Assembly (NCBI GenBank): GCA_965247115.1
Contig: CBDFGR010000002.1
Location: 576,001 to 640,000, forward strand
Direction of reading: 5' to 3'
Length of the DNA: 64,000 nucleotides
Source of the DNA: Myxococcota bacterium
GTDB taxonomy: Bacteria > Myxococcota_A > UBA9160 > SZUA-336
Shown here: positions 27,200 to 35,486 of the stretch, piece by piece
Numbering within the stretch: the first letter of the stretch is position 1
How the letters are laid out: the number at the start of each line of letters is the position of its first letter
Notes under the pieces: model-generated
The model's input: the letters and a program-made list of their open reading frames with translations, nothing else
The model's database searches: none
Told to the model about the DNA's origin: nothing
Position numbers and translations under genes: made by a program

Positions 27200-27736
27200 C
27201 TACCTCCTAGCTCTCTCCCACCGATCCAGGCGAGTCAGTCCTGCCTTTCATGGGAACTCCTCGACCTTGCGTCCGCGAATCATCCCCAGCACGTGGGGAA
27301 CGGCGCGGAGCTCTCATCCCGGAGCCGCGACGACAGCCGCCACGATGTGCGACGCACCTACCACTCCGAGCACCAGCGCCAGCAGCAGGCCGAAGGTGAG
27401 ACCCAAGGCGGCGCCGTTGGGGCTACCGCCAAGTGCGAGATCCGCGGCGCATGCGAAGACGAACAGGCCGCCCACACCGAGACGCACCTGTCGCCGGGGC
27501 CACGAGCGCGAGAACGGCATGCCGATGACCTCTGGGATCACGTACAGCATGAAGCCGAGGCCGATCCAGGCCATCGGGTTCGCCAGGTTGACGCCGTCTA
27601 CCAGCCTTGGAAAGTCGGCAACCATACCGGCAAAGAAGTAGAGGAGCGCCAGGCCAAATAGCAGTCTCACCGCTCGGCCGATGGGACCAGGCCGCGGGAG
27701 TCGCTCGACCTCGGCAGACGCGGTTTCCCCGCTCAT
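27200..27736 (-). CDS. Putative selenoprotein membrane protein with two in-frame UGA (Sec) codons, 178 aa
   Basis: The ORF track stops at UGA 27314. Read-through gives ...AAPG-U-ELRAVPHVLGMIRGRKVEEFP-U-KAGLTRLDRWERARR-TAG(27200); hairpins follow both UGAs; about 4 hydrophobic segments. Confidence 0.7.
27217..27234 (-). promoter_or_regulatory. Weaker SECIS-like hairpin after the second UGA
   Basis: CUCGCC-UGGAUC-GGUGGG (two G.U pairs); loop starts at +20 from UGA 27248-27250, with G at loop position 2. Confidence 0.4.
27272..27309 (-). promoter_or_regulatory. Bacterial SECIS-like hairpin after the first UGA
   Basis: UCCGCG-CCGU-UCCCCA-[CGUGC]-UGGGGA-UGAUU-CGCGGA: two 6-bp Watson-Crick stems; apical loop starts at +21 with GU at loop positions 2-3. 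Confidence 0.65.
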
Positions 27737-27744
27737 GGGCCAGA

Positions 27745-27776
27745 AAGGTAGCGCTTGAACCCTGGTTTAAGGTCAA
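27745..27776 (-). promoter_or_regulatory. MerR-family promoter/operator
   Basis: TTGACC-20 bp-TACCTT with the dyad CTTAAACC-AG-GGTTCAAG in the spacer; elongated spacer typical of MerR-family activation. Confidence 0.8.
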
Positions 27777-28165
27777 CCCCCCTTCGCCCGTGCGGAGAGA
27801 TCGTCGATCACCCCGCAGCGGCCCCTGCGCTCGTGTCTGTGGCACTCCTCCAGAGAGCGCCGCAGCACGCGCTGGACGTGGCGCAGCTCCCGCATACGGT
27901 CGGCCACGGCCTCGAGTCTGCGCTCGATGAGGCGCTGCACCTTGCCGCAGGGCGCTGGGCGCAGGAGCTCGGTCTCGTCCCGCAGCGTGAACGCCGTCCC
28001 CTGCGCCGCCCGGATGAAGCGGAGCCGCTCCACGTCTTCCCGGAAATAGAGGCGGTAGTTCGAGCCGTTGCGACCCGCTGGGCGGAGAATCCCCTCACGC
28101 TCGTAGTACCGGACCGTCGAGGTCGGAACTCCGGCCGCCTTCGCTAGCTCGCCAATCGTGAACAT
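27773..28165 (-). CDS. merR: Metal-responsive MerR-family regulator (Hg/Cd/Pb/Zn type)
   Basis: FTIGELAK..GV..STVRYYER.G...YRLY; Cys73/108/117 with the 35 and 9 spacing of Hg-MerR C82/C117/C126; GGAGGTGAGGAG RBS. Confidence 0.88.
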   Translation of the reverse strand: MFTIGELAKAAGVPTSTVRYYEREGILRPAGRNGSNYRLYFREDVERLRFIRAAQGTAFTLRDETELLRPAPCGKVQRLIERRLEAVADRMRELRHVQRVLRRSLEECHRHERRGRCGVIDDLSARAKGG

Positions 28166-28186
28166 CTCCTCACCTCCTCGTCTGAG

Positions 28187-28205
28187 GTTGTACCTAACCT
28201 CAAGG
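28187..28205 (-). promoter_or_regulatory. Second MerR-like operator upstream of merR (autoregulation)
   Basis: ACCTT-N7-GGTACAA versus ACCTT-N7-GGTTCAA at the downstream promoter; also IR TGAGGTT-N6-AACCTCA at 28183-28202. Confidence 0.55.
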
Positions 28206-28345
28206 TGGCGCGCAGACGCGACCAGACCAGCGGCTGCGCCTTGTTTCCGGCGGCTTTGAAACGCGCGTTGCAGGAAGCCCGAGCCCCGGAACCGTAGCAC
28301 TCGCCGAAACGTCGGCGCCCTACAGTAGGGGAGCTTGGAAGAGCA

Positions 28346-29128
28346 GTGATGGCGGGTTCTGGTCGCGCGTTAGGGGTCTCGGGTTGGTTGGTCGCCGCCG
28401 CTGTCAGCATCATCTACCTGATAGTGAGCTACGACGTCACGATCCGAGAGCGGGGAGCTCGTAGCCGGGCCGCACTCGCCGCAGCCGTCAATGTAACGCC
28501 AGGCGGGGTGCGGCCAGTCGTCGACGAGCGATACAGCGATCTTGCGGCTGAAGCGCAGATCGCCACAGGGGCCGATCTGCCGGTGGTAGACCGGAGACTC
28601 GAGGCTGCCGAGCGCGAGTTCCCCTCGGACTATCGGTTCACGTATGAGCGAGCAACACTGGCTGTCTACGGTCGAGCCGAACATCACGAGGCGTTCTTCC
28701 ACCTCCGGAGGGCGGCAGAGAAGGCGATCGGGACGGAGAGAGCCGGCGAGATGCTCGATAGATTGGAGCATGACGGAGAGGCCGACGGACGCTTGCGGAA
28801 ACTGGCTGTGGGACACGATGAGTGGTCGGTGCTCCACGAAGCGTTGGAGCATCGGGACGGAGACCGACTCTGGCACTCTCACTCGAGACATCCACCCACT
28901 CCCACGACTCGGAGGAGGGGCCCGTCCGATGACAGTGTGCCAGCTCGTGTGAGCGCCTCATCCCCACTCGAGTACGAAACGCCCTGCCTTGATGCGTTGA
29001 TTGCGCTTCGGCAGGTGCCAATGGACCCAGGGGCAAGAACCGCATATCACCGCCTGCGGAAGGTGTGCCTGGGGGGTTCCCCGTCTGGCCAACCCCCGAC
29101 GTCAGCTCCAAGTCCCCGCCATCACTGA
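28346..29128 (+). CDS. Hypothetical protein with N-terminal membrane anchor, helical and His-rich
   Basis: 260-aa ORF; hydrophobic aa ~10-28; EHHEAFFH, HSHSRH; no family recognised. Confidence 0.55.
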   Translation: MMAGSGRALGVSGWLVAAAVSIIYLIVSYDVTIRERGARSRAALAAAVNVTPGGVRPVVDERYSDLAAEAQIATGADLPVVDRRLEAAEREFPSDYRFTYERATLAVYGRAEHHEAFFHLRRAAEKAIGTERAGEMLDRLEHDGEADGRLRKLAVGHDEWSVLHEALEHRDGDRLWHSHSRHPPTPTTRRRGPSDDSVPARVSASSPLEYETPCLDALIALRQVPMDPGARTAYHRLRKVCLGGSPSGQPPTSAPSPRHH

Positions 29129-29278
29129 CCACGTCCGCTGGGGCTGCTCGATGGAATCGACCGTGGAGCCGAGGTCGACTTTCGCGTGTGGGAGGAGCGA
29201 GGTATCTACACCGCAACGGAGACTCGCGCCGTCGATCTATAGCTGAACCCAGGCCGATGGCCGAGGAGGCACGAACAC

Positions 29279-30355
29279 GTGTTCGAAACACTTCTCGATG
29301 GGACAGCGCTTCCGAATCTGCACCCCGCGCTCGTCCACTTTCCCATCGCCCTGGCGGGTGTAGCGCTCGTCTTCGACCTCGTGTCACTCGCGCGCCAAGG
29401 AGAGTGGCGAAGCTCGGCGGTCGCACTCTGGTGGCTCGCGGCGGGCGGGGGACTCGCCGCCTACCTGGCCGGCGAGAAGGCCGAGGAGAGTCTCGGGATG
29501 CTCGCTCCAGCGGCGGAGCGCGCGGTTGGTCTGCACAGCGACTTCGCCTGGTGGGCGCTCCTCGGCCTCGGGGCGGTCGCGCTCCTGCGCACCGGCACCA
29601 TCTTTGGTTGGGGCGGTCGCCCGCTGGCCTGGCTGGGTGTTGCGGCCGGCCTCGGCGTACAGCCCCTCATCCTGCGCACCGCCGATCTCGGAGGCGCGCT
29701 GGTGTTTCAGCACGCGGTCGCCGTGACACACGTCCCCCAGCAGAATCCCGAGCCGGAAAGGGCCAGGCTCGCGGCTGAACCGCGCCCGAGCCCGCCACCC
29801 GACCTCGTTCGCGTAGCAGACGGATCCTGGACATGGACTCCCATCCCGGGTGATGTCACCGCACTGGGGCGCGTTCTCGAGCTCTCGGGCGCTAGCGCCC
29901 TCGAGGTCCAGGTGCTGCCGGGTGGCCCGGGCCTACGGCTCCGGGCCACCGGGGAGGGGAGCCTGCTTCTCCCCGAGCGCTTTGGGGATGTTCGAGTTGA
30001 AGGCGACCTCGACGTGGCCGGCTTCGATGGCACGGTGGGACTCGGTGTGCTTGCGCTCGAGCAGGAGGACGGCCTGACTCTCGAACGCGAGTCCACTGGA
30101 GACCTCGCGCTGGTGCGATCCCGCCAGGGCGCCCGCGAGCTGCTCGACCAAGGTACACCCGCACTACAGGAAGGCAGCATCCAACTCGCGCTCTCTGCAA
30201 TCGGCGGCCACTGGAAGGGGTATCTGTTCGATCGGAGCCTGGTGCACGCACACGGCAGCCTGTCGGGAGCTCTGCGTCCGGTGCTGACCCTGCGCGGAGC
30301 TGGCGAGCTCACGCTGCTCGCGCTTCGCGTCACCTCGATGGCAGATCAGGACTAG
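29279..30355 (+). CDS. DUF2231 membrane domain fused to a soluble beta-rich domain
   Basis: LHPALVHFPIAL, AAYLAGE.AEE, H..., TADLGGALVFQH; GAGGAGG RBS. Confidence 0.8.
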   Translation: MFETLLDGTALPNLHPALVHFPIALAGVALVFDLVSLARQGEWRSSAVALWWLAAGGGLAAYLAGEKAEESLGMLAPAAERAVGLHSDFAWWALLGLGAVALLRTGTIFGWGGRPLAWLGVAAGLGVQPLILRTADLGGALVFQHAVAVTHVPQQNPEPERARLAAEPRPSPPPDLVRVADGSWTWTPIPGDVTALGRVLELSGASALEVQVLPGGPGLRLRATGEGSLLLPERFGDVRVEGDLDVAGFDGTVGLGVLALEQEDGLTLERESTGDLALVRSRQGARELLDQGTPALQEGSIQLALSAIGGHWKGYLFDRSLVHAHGSLSGALRPVLTLRGAGELTLLALRVTSMADQD

Positions 30356-30401
30356 TCGCTAGCTTTGCGAAACTACCAGAGCTCGCCGCGGGGCAATACG
30401 C

Positions 30402-31439
30402 TCAGCAGGCGAGCGCGTAGACATCCTGGCTGCCGTCCGGAAGTGGATGCTCACTCCACGACGCTCCGGAATCGCTGGTCGTGAACACCTGCCCGCCCCG
30501 CGTGGCAAACGACACGCGATTCGGGGCGTCGGCGCTCGCGGCGATGATCATGGCGGTGCCCTTCACTCCCACGCCCCGATCGAAGCGCCGCCACGACTGA
30601 CCGAGGTCCTGGCTGATGCAGACCGAGCCGGCGTCGCTGAACGCAGCCCCGCTGAACGCGCCGAGCAGCGTGGAGGTATCGTAAGGGGCTACGCGCACAT
30701 CGCGTGCGTAGGTCAAGGGTGAGAAGCGACCGATCTGGAGGTCGGTCCAGGTCTCGCCCCGATCGGCGCTCTCGAACAGCCCCATCCGGTTGGCGAGGAA
30801 CACGCGTCCTTTCGAGACAGCCATCGCGTGGCAGTCGACCATCCCCTCGGACTGGGAGTCGCTCCCGATCGCGCTCTTCAGGTGATCCTGCTGGGCCAGT
30901 CGGAGCAGCCCGCGGGAGCAATCCTGCCAGGACTCTCCGGCATCCGCGCTCCTGATCACCCCCGCCACCTCGATGCCGGCGTAGATCTCGTCTGAATCCG
31001 CCGGATTGATGGCGATGCGCGTGACGCGATTCGGAAACCCCATCTCGACCGCACCCGCAGGCGTCAGTGTCGGCAGCGACTGCCACGACCGGCCGCCATT
31101 GTGGCTGCGATACACGCCTGCAGGACCCGTCCCAGCGTACATGATGGTGGGATCGCCCGGGTGAAACACGATCGACCACACCGTCACGTCCTCGCCCGCC
31201 ACAGGCAGGTGGCGCCAGCTGTCACCGCAGTCTTCGCTCAAGTGAACGCCGTACTGCGTTCCCGCGTAGATGATGTTCGCCTTGTCGGGATGGACCGACA
31301 CACCGCGCACCTCTACGTCTGCGGCAAGCGAGAGCTTCTGCCACGACTCCTCGGTGAAGGCGCGGCGGAAGAGGGCCCCTGGCCCCGCACCTCGACCTGG
31401 AATGAACTGCGCTGTACCCGCGTATAGATAATCGCCCAT
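30402..31439 (-). CDS. BNR/Asp-box beta-propeller protein (Ycf48/sortilin-like)
   Basis: Repeated SxDxGxSW boxes (SEDCGDSW, SHNGGRSW, SADAGESW, SADRGETW, SQDLGQSW, SDSGASW). Confidence 0.88.
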   Translation of the reverse strand: MGDYLYAGTAQFIPGRGAGPGALFRRAFTEESWQKLSLAADVEVRGVSVHPDKANIIYAGTQYGVHLSEDCGDSWRHLPVAGEDVTVWSIVFHPGDPTIMYAGTGPAGVYRSHNGGRSWQSLPTLTPAGAVEMGFPNRVTRIAINPADSDEIYAGIEVAGVIRSADAGESWQDCSRGLLRLAQQDHLKSAIGSDSQSEGMVDCHAMAVSKGRVFLANRMGLFESADRGETWTDLQIGRFSPLTYARDVRVAPYDTSTLLGAFSGAAFSDAGSVCISQDLGQSWRRFDRGVGVKGTAMIIAASADAPNRVSFATRGGQVFTTSDSGASWSEHPLPDGSQDVYALAC

Positions 31440-31620
31440 GGCTCGGTTACCCCTCGATGTGTCGCGTCGCTTCCGTCGATTCTACACCGGATCGGCCTCT
31501 GCCGACGTCCAATTCCAATGGCCTGGGGTCAGTCGTCCGTCAACCCCCGGTACAAGAACAGGTACCTGCTGTCAGAGACGTGGGTGTATAGTTCGGGGAC
31601 ATTCGAGCTGGAGGTGCAGG

Positions 31621-32724
31621 GTGCCCACACCCATGAAGATCAAAGCCGCGGTGTTTCGAGGGGTCGGAGTACCGCTCAGCATCGAGTCGGTGGAGATCGC
31701 CGATCCGGGCCCGGAGGAGGTGCTGGTCCGGACTGCGGCCTGTGGGGTGTGTCACAGCGACCTGCACTTCGTGCAGGGTTCGATCCCGGGGCCGAGCCCC
31801 TGCATCCCGGGCCACGAGCCCGCTGGCGTAGTCGAGGCGGTCGGGGAGCGCGTCAAGCTCGTGGCGCCCGGCGACCACGTCATCGCGTGCACGTCGATGT
31901 ATTGCGGAGACTGCCCCCAGTGCCTGCGGGGCCACAGACACTTGTGCGTGAACCGCCGAGCCTGTCGACGGGGCGCGGACGAGCCACCCCGCCTGTCGCA
32001 GTCCGGCTCCGAGATCTACCAGTTTGCCGACCTCGCCGGCTTCGCGGAGCGAATGCTCCTCCACGAGCGGGCGGTGGTGAAGATCGACGACGACCTGCCG
32101 CTCGAGACGGCCGCACTCGTCGGCTGCGCCGTCATGACGGGTGTGGGTGCCGCGCTGAACACCGCGCGCGTGGAGCCCGGTTCCTCGGTCGCGGTGTTCG
32201 GAGCTGGCGGCGTTGGCATCTCGATCATCCAGGGGGCGCGCCTCGCCGGAGCGCGCCAGATCATCGCCGTCGATCTTCTGGATCGAAAACTCGAGACGGC
32301 TCGCCACTTCGGCGCAACCGACACTCTCAACGCAACGGATGGCGACGTCGTACGGGCCATCAAGAAGCTGAGCGACGGCGGTGTCGACTACTCGTTCGAC
32401 GCGGTGGGCAACGTCGGCCTGGTCGAGCAGTGCTTCTATTGCCTGGGGCCGCGCGGCACGGCGACTGTCGTGGGCGCGATCCCGCCGGACCAGAAGCTCC
32501 AGCTCACTCCGGGTCATTTCTTCCTCGAAAAGCGGATCATCGGCTGCATGATGGGCTCGAACCGCTTTCACCTCGACGCGCCGCGTTACCTCGAGCTCTA
32601 CCGGCAGAAGCGGCTCGACCTGGACTCCATGGTCAGCCGGCACGTCGCCCTTGACGACGTCGAGGATGCATTCCGAGCAATGGAGGCCGGCGAGGTCACG
32701 CGGACGGTCATCACGTTCAACTGA
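31621..32724 (+). CDS. Zn-dependent alcohol dehydrogenase (class III-like)
   Basis: CGVCHSD, GHE, CGDCPQC...C, GAGGVG; start GTG 31621 (GGAGG RBS) or ATG 31633. Confidence 0.93.
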   Translation: MPTPMKIKAAVFRGVGVPLSIESVEIADPGPEEVLVRTAACGVCHSDLHFVQGSIPGPSPCIPGHEPAGVVEAVGERVKLVAPGDHVIACTSMYCGDCPQCLRGHRHLCVNRRACRRGADEPPRLSQSGSEIYQFADLAGFAERMLLHERAVVKIDDDLPLETAALVGCAVMTGVGAALNTARVEPGSSVAVFGAGGVGISIIQGARLAGARQIIAVDLLDRKLETARHFGATDTLNATDGDVVRAIKKLSDGGVDYSFDAVGNVGLVEQCFYCLGPRGTATVVGAIPPDQKLQLTPGHFFLEKRIIGCMMGSNRFHLDAPRYLELYRQKRLDLDSMVSRHVALDDVEDAFRAMEAGEVTRTVITFN

Positions 32725-32735
32725 GCGGGCACGAG

Positions 32736-33923
32736 GTGCACATGGACGGATCCGACCTGCGAGACCGGACTGCGATCTGCGGCGTAGGCTTGTCCGCATA
32801 CGGGAGGCGACTGGGCCGGAGCGCAATCGACCTGGGCGCCGACGCCCTCCGCGCAGCGGTCGACGATGCGGGCCTCGCGCCGGGCGACGTCGACGGGCTG
32901 ATCGTGAGCTTCGGCACGCCGAGCGGCGCCGACGCGGACACGCTCGCGCACACGCTCGGACTGCAGCTGCGGATGTACAGCCAGACCTGGGCGCACGGCC
33001 GCTTCACGGCCACATGCATTCAGCAGGCGGCCATGAGCGTCGCCGCCGGCCTTGCCGAAGTCGTCGCATGCATGGCGTCGGTGAGCTTCACGGGCTCGCG
33101 TCGTCCCCGATTCGGTGGCTCGGGTGACCGCGAGGGCGCACGCGAAGGCGGAGGAGGCCACGGCGAGGATCCCGTCTACGGCATGACGTCTCCCGGCGCG
33201 GGCGCCGCACTGGTCGCCCGCGCCTACTTCGAGCGCTACGGTGCCACGAGCCGCGACCTGGCCTCGGTGGCCGTCGCGTTTCGCCGCCACGCGTCGCTCA
33301 ACCCGACCGCGATGTGGCGCGAGCCGATCACCGTCGAAGACCACCAGGCCTCACGCCTCGTGTGCGCGCCGCTCCACTTGCTCGACTACTGCCAGGTCAA
33401 CGACGGTGCCGCCTGTGTGATCGTGACGTCCGCCGAGCGGGCCCGCGACCTGCGCAAGCCCGCGGTGCTGATCAGTGGCATGCAGGGATTGCCGGCCGGG
33501 CGCGACGAGTTCATCTGGAGCTACCCCGGCTTCGGGATTGCTCAGCAGGAGAGCGCGCCCCACGCCGCGGAGCCGGCGCCCATATATCGCATGGCCGGCC
33601 TGGAACGCGCCGCAGTGGACGCGCTCTTCACCTACGACGCGTTCTCGATCCTGGCCTGGATCGCGCTCGAGCGCTGGGGGTTCTGCAAGCCTGGCGAGGC
33701 CGCCGCTTTCACGCAGGACGGCCGGATCGAGCTGGGCGGGGCGCTCCCGATGAACACGCACGGCGGGCTGCTCTCCGACGGCCACATCCTGGGCTGGAAC
33801 CACCAGGTCGAGATCGCGCGGCAGCTGCGCGGCGAGTGCGGCGTGCGACAGATCGAGGGGGCGGAAGTCGTGCAGTGGGCCAACTCCTACGGCGACTCGC
33901 TGATCTACCGGAGCGCGGCGTGA
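32736..33923 (+). CDS. SCP2/Ltp2-type thiolase-superfamily protein
   Basis: AICGVG, HASLNPTA, PLHLLDYC..NDGA, YDAF, NTHGGLLS, RQLRGE. Confidence 0.88.
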   Translation: MHMDGSDLRDRTAICGVGLSAYGRRLGRSAIDLGADALRAAVDDAGLAPGDVDGLIVSFGTPSGADADTLAHTLGLQLRMYSQTWAHGRFTATCIQQAAMSVAAGLAEVVACMASVSFTGSRRPRFGGSGDREGAREGGGGHGEDPVYGMTSPGAGAALVARAYFERYGATSRDLASVAVAFRRHASLNPTAMWREPITVEDHQASRLVCAPLHLLDYCQVNDGAACVIVTSAERARDLRKPAVLISGMQGLPAGRDEFIWSYPGFGIAQQESAPHAAEPAPIYRMAGLERAAVDALFTYDAFSILAWIALERWGFCKPGEAAAFTQDGRIELGGALPMNTHGGLLSDGHILGWNHQVEIARQLRGECGVRQIEGAEVVQWANSYGDSLIYRSAA

Positions 33924-34336
33924 GCGCGGACTACACCAAGCCGCTGCCCGCGGTCTCCAACCTGAATCGCCCGTACTGGGAGGGGCTCGTCCGTCGGGAG
34001 CTCCGCCTGCAGCGCTGCAACAAGTGCAGCCGTGTCTGGTATCCCCCCGGCCCCTGGTGCCCCGCGTGCTGGTCGGAGGATCACACCTGGAGCGCTCTCT
34101 CGGGCCGGGGTCGGGTGAGCTCCTGGGTCGTGTTCCACCAGGCCTACTTCCCGTCCTTCGCCGACGAGCTACCCTACAACGTGGCCGAGGTCGAACTCGA
34201 CGAGGGACCGCGTCTTCTGACGAACCTGGTCGACGTCGCCGAAGATGAGATCCGGATCGGGCTTCCCGTCGAGATCGTCTACGACACCGTGGTCGAGGGC
34301 GTGACCCTCGCCAAGTTCAGACCCGTAGGGGGCTGA
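33920..34336 (+). CDS. Zn-ribbon/OB-fold (DUF35) protein
   Basis: GTG 33920 overlaps the upstream stop; QRCNKC...PP..WCPAC, VELDEGPRL. Confidence 0.9.
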   Translation: MSADYTKPLPAVSNLNRPYWEGLVRRELRLQRCNKCSRVWYPPGPWCPACWSEDHTWSALSGRGRVSSWVVFHQAYFPSFADELPYNVAEVELDEGPRLLTNLVDVAEDEIRIGLPVEIVYDTVVEGVTLAKFRPVGG

Positions 34337-34337
34337 T

Positions 34338-35486
34338 GTGGCGGGCGTGCTCGACGGAGTCCGCGTCTTCGACCTGACCCTGGTGGCGGTCGGGCCGTGG
34401 GCGTCGAAGCTGCTCGCTCAGCTCGGTGCCGACGTGATCCGTGTGGAGTCGCCCGCCGGAGACATGTCGCACGGCATCCCTCCGAGAATCCACGGCACGG
34501 GCGCCCTGTACATCTCGGTCAACCACAACAAGCGGCAGATCGTGCTCGACCTGAAGCGCGACGAAGACCGCGAGAAGGCGCGGCGCCTCGTCGAGGTGTC
34601 CGACATCTTCCTGCAGAACATGCGCCCCGGCGCTGTCGAGCGCCTCGGGCTCAGCTACGAGGCCGTCCGCAAGATCAACCCGCAGATCGTCTACCTTTCG
34701 GCGTCCGCCTACGGGAACACGGGTCCTATGGCCACCGAGGCCGGCGTCGATCCGCTGCTGCAGGCGTTCAGCGGCTTCGGCAGCATCAGCGGCCCTCCCG
34801 GCTCGCAGGGTGAGATGTACCGCCACCTGGCGCACCTCGACCTTACGACCTCCTCGACCATCGTCGAGGCGGTGCTGCTCGCGCTGCTCCACCGCGAGCG
34901 CACGGGCGAGGGGCAGCACGTCGAAGTCGAGATGCTCACGTCCGCCCTGTCGCTTCAGACCAGTCGGCTCGCAGAGTTCTTCGCAACGGGCTCCCCTCCG
35001 CAACCGAGCGGGAGTGCCGCCGCGACCACGGCGCCACACGAGGCGTTTCGCTGCCGGGACGACGTCTGGCTCGCGGTGGGCGTCGTTTCGGACGACCAGT
35101 GGCCGCGCTTCTGCCGCGCACTCGGGGTCGAGGGCCTCGTCGACGAGCCGCGCTTCGCCGACAACCCGTCGCGCGTGCGCCACCGCACGGAGCTCTCGAC
35201 AGTCCTCGCCAAGTGCTTCGCCTCGCGCGCTGCGGCGTGGTGGACGCTGCGTCTCACACGGGAGCGCGTGCCGAACAGCCGCATCCTCGACTTCGACGCG
35301 ATCCGCACACACCCGCAGGTCGCGGCCAACGCCCACCTGCTGGAGCTCGACACGCCGCACTGGGGGCGGCTATGGGTAGAGAATGTGCCCTGGCGCTTCG
35401 AACGCACGCCCGCCGATCCGGTGCGGCCCGGCGGCTTGCAGGGCGAGCACACCGAGCAGGTACTGGCCGAGTTCGGGATCAAGTGA
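34338..35486 (+). CDS. Family III CoA-transferase subunit 1
   Basis: LDGVRVFDL, GADVIRVE, NHNKR, NMRPG. Confidence 0.9.
   Translation: MAGVLDGVRVFDLTLVAVGPWASKLLAQLGADVIRVESPAGDMSHGIPPRIHGTGALYISVNHNKRQIVLDLKRDEDREKARRLVEVSDIFLQNMRPGAVERLGLSYEAVRKINPQIVYLSASAYGNTGPMATEAGVDPLLQAFSGFGSISGPPGSQGEMYRHLAHLDLTTSSTIVEAVLLALLHRERTGEGQHVEVEMLTSALSLQTSRLAEFFATGSPPQPSGSAAATTAPHEAFRCRDDVWLAVGVVSDDQWPRFCRALGVEGLVDEPRFADNPSRVRHRTELSTVLAKCFASRAAAWWTLRLTRERVPNSRILDFDAIRTHPQVAANAHLLELDTPHWGRLWVENVPWRFERTPADPVRPGGLQGEHTEQVLAEFGIK

Noticed and set aside
27773..27775. Selenocysteine read-through of the merR or mini-ORF UGA stops
   Set aside because: MerR is complete at this point and the UGA is part of the -35 box; the mini-ORF UGA is a normal GTGA start/stop overlap.
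30376..30400. Third copy of the HNH-associated palindrome
   Set aside because: CCAGAGCTCGCCGCGGGGCAAT is too degenerate and not properly palindromic.
26722..30400. Defined mobile boundaries for the metal island
   Set aside because: I could not find an integrase, transposase, terminal repeats or target duplication by eye.
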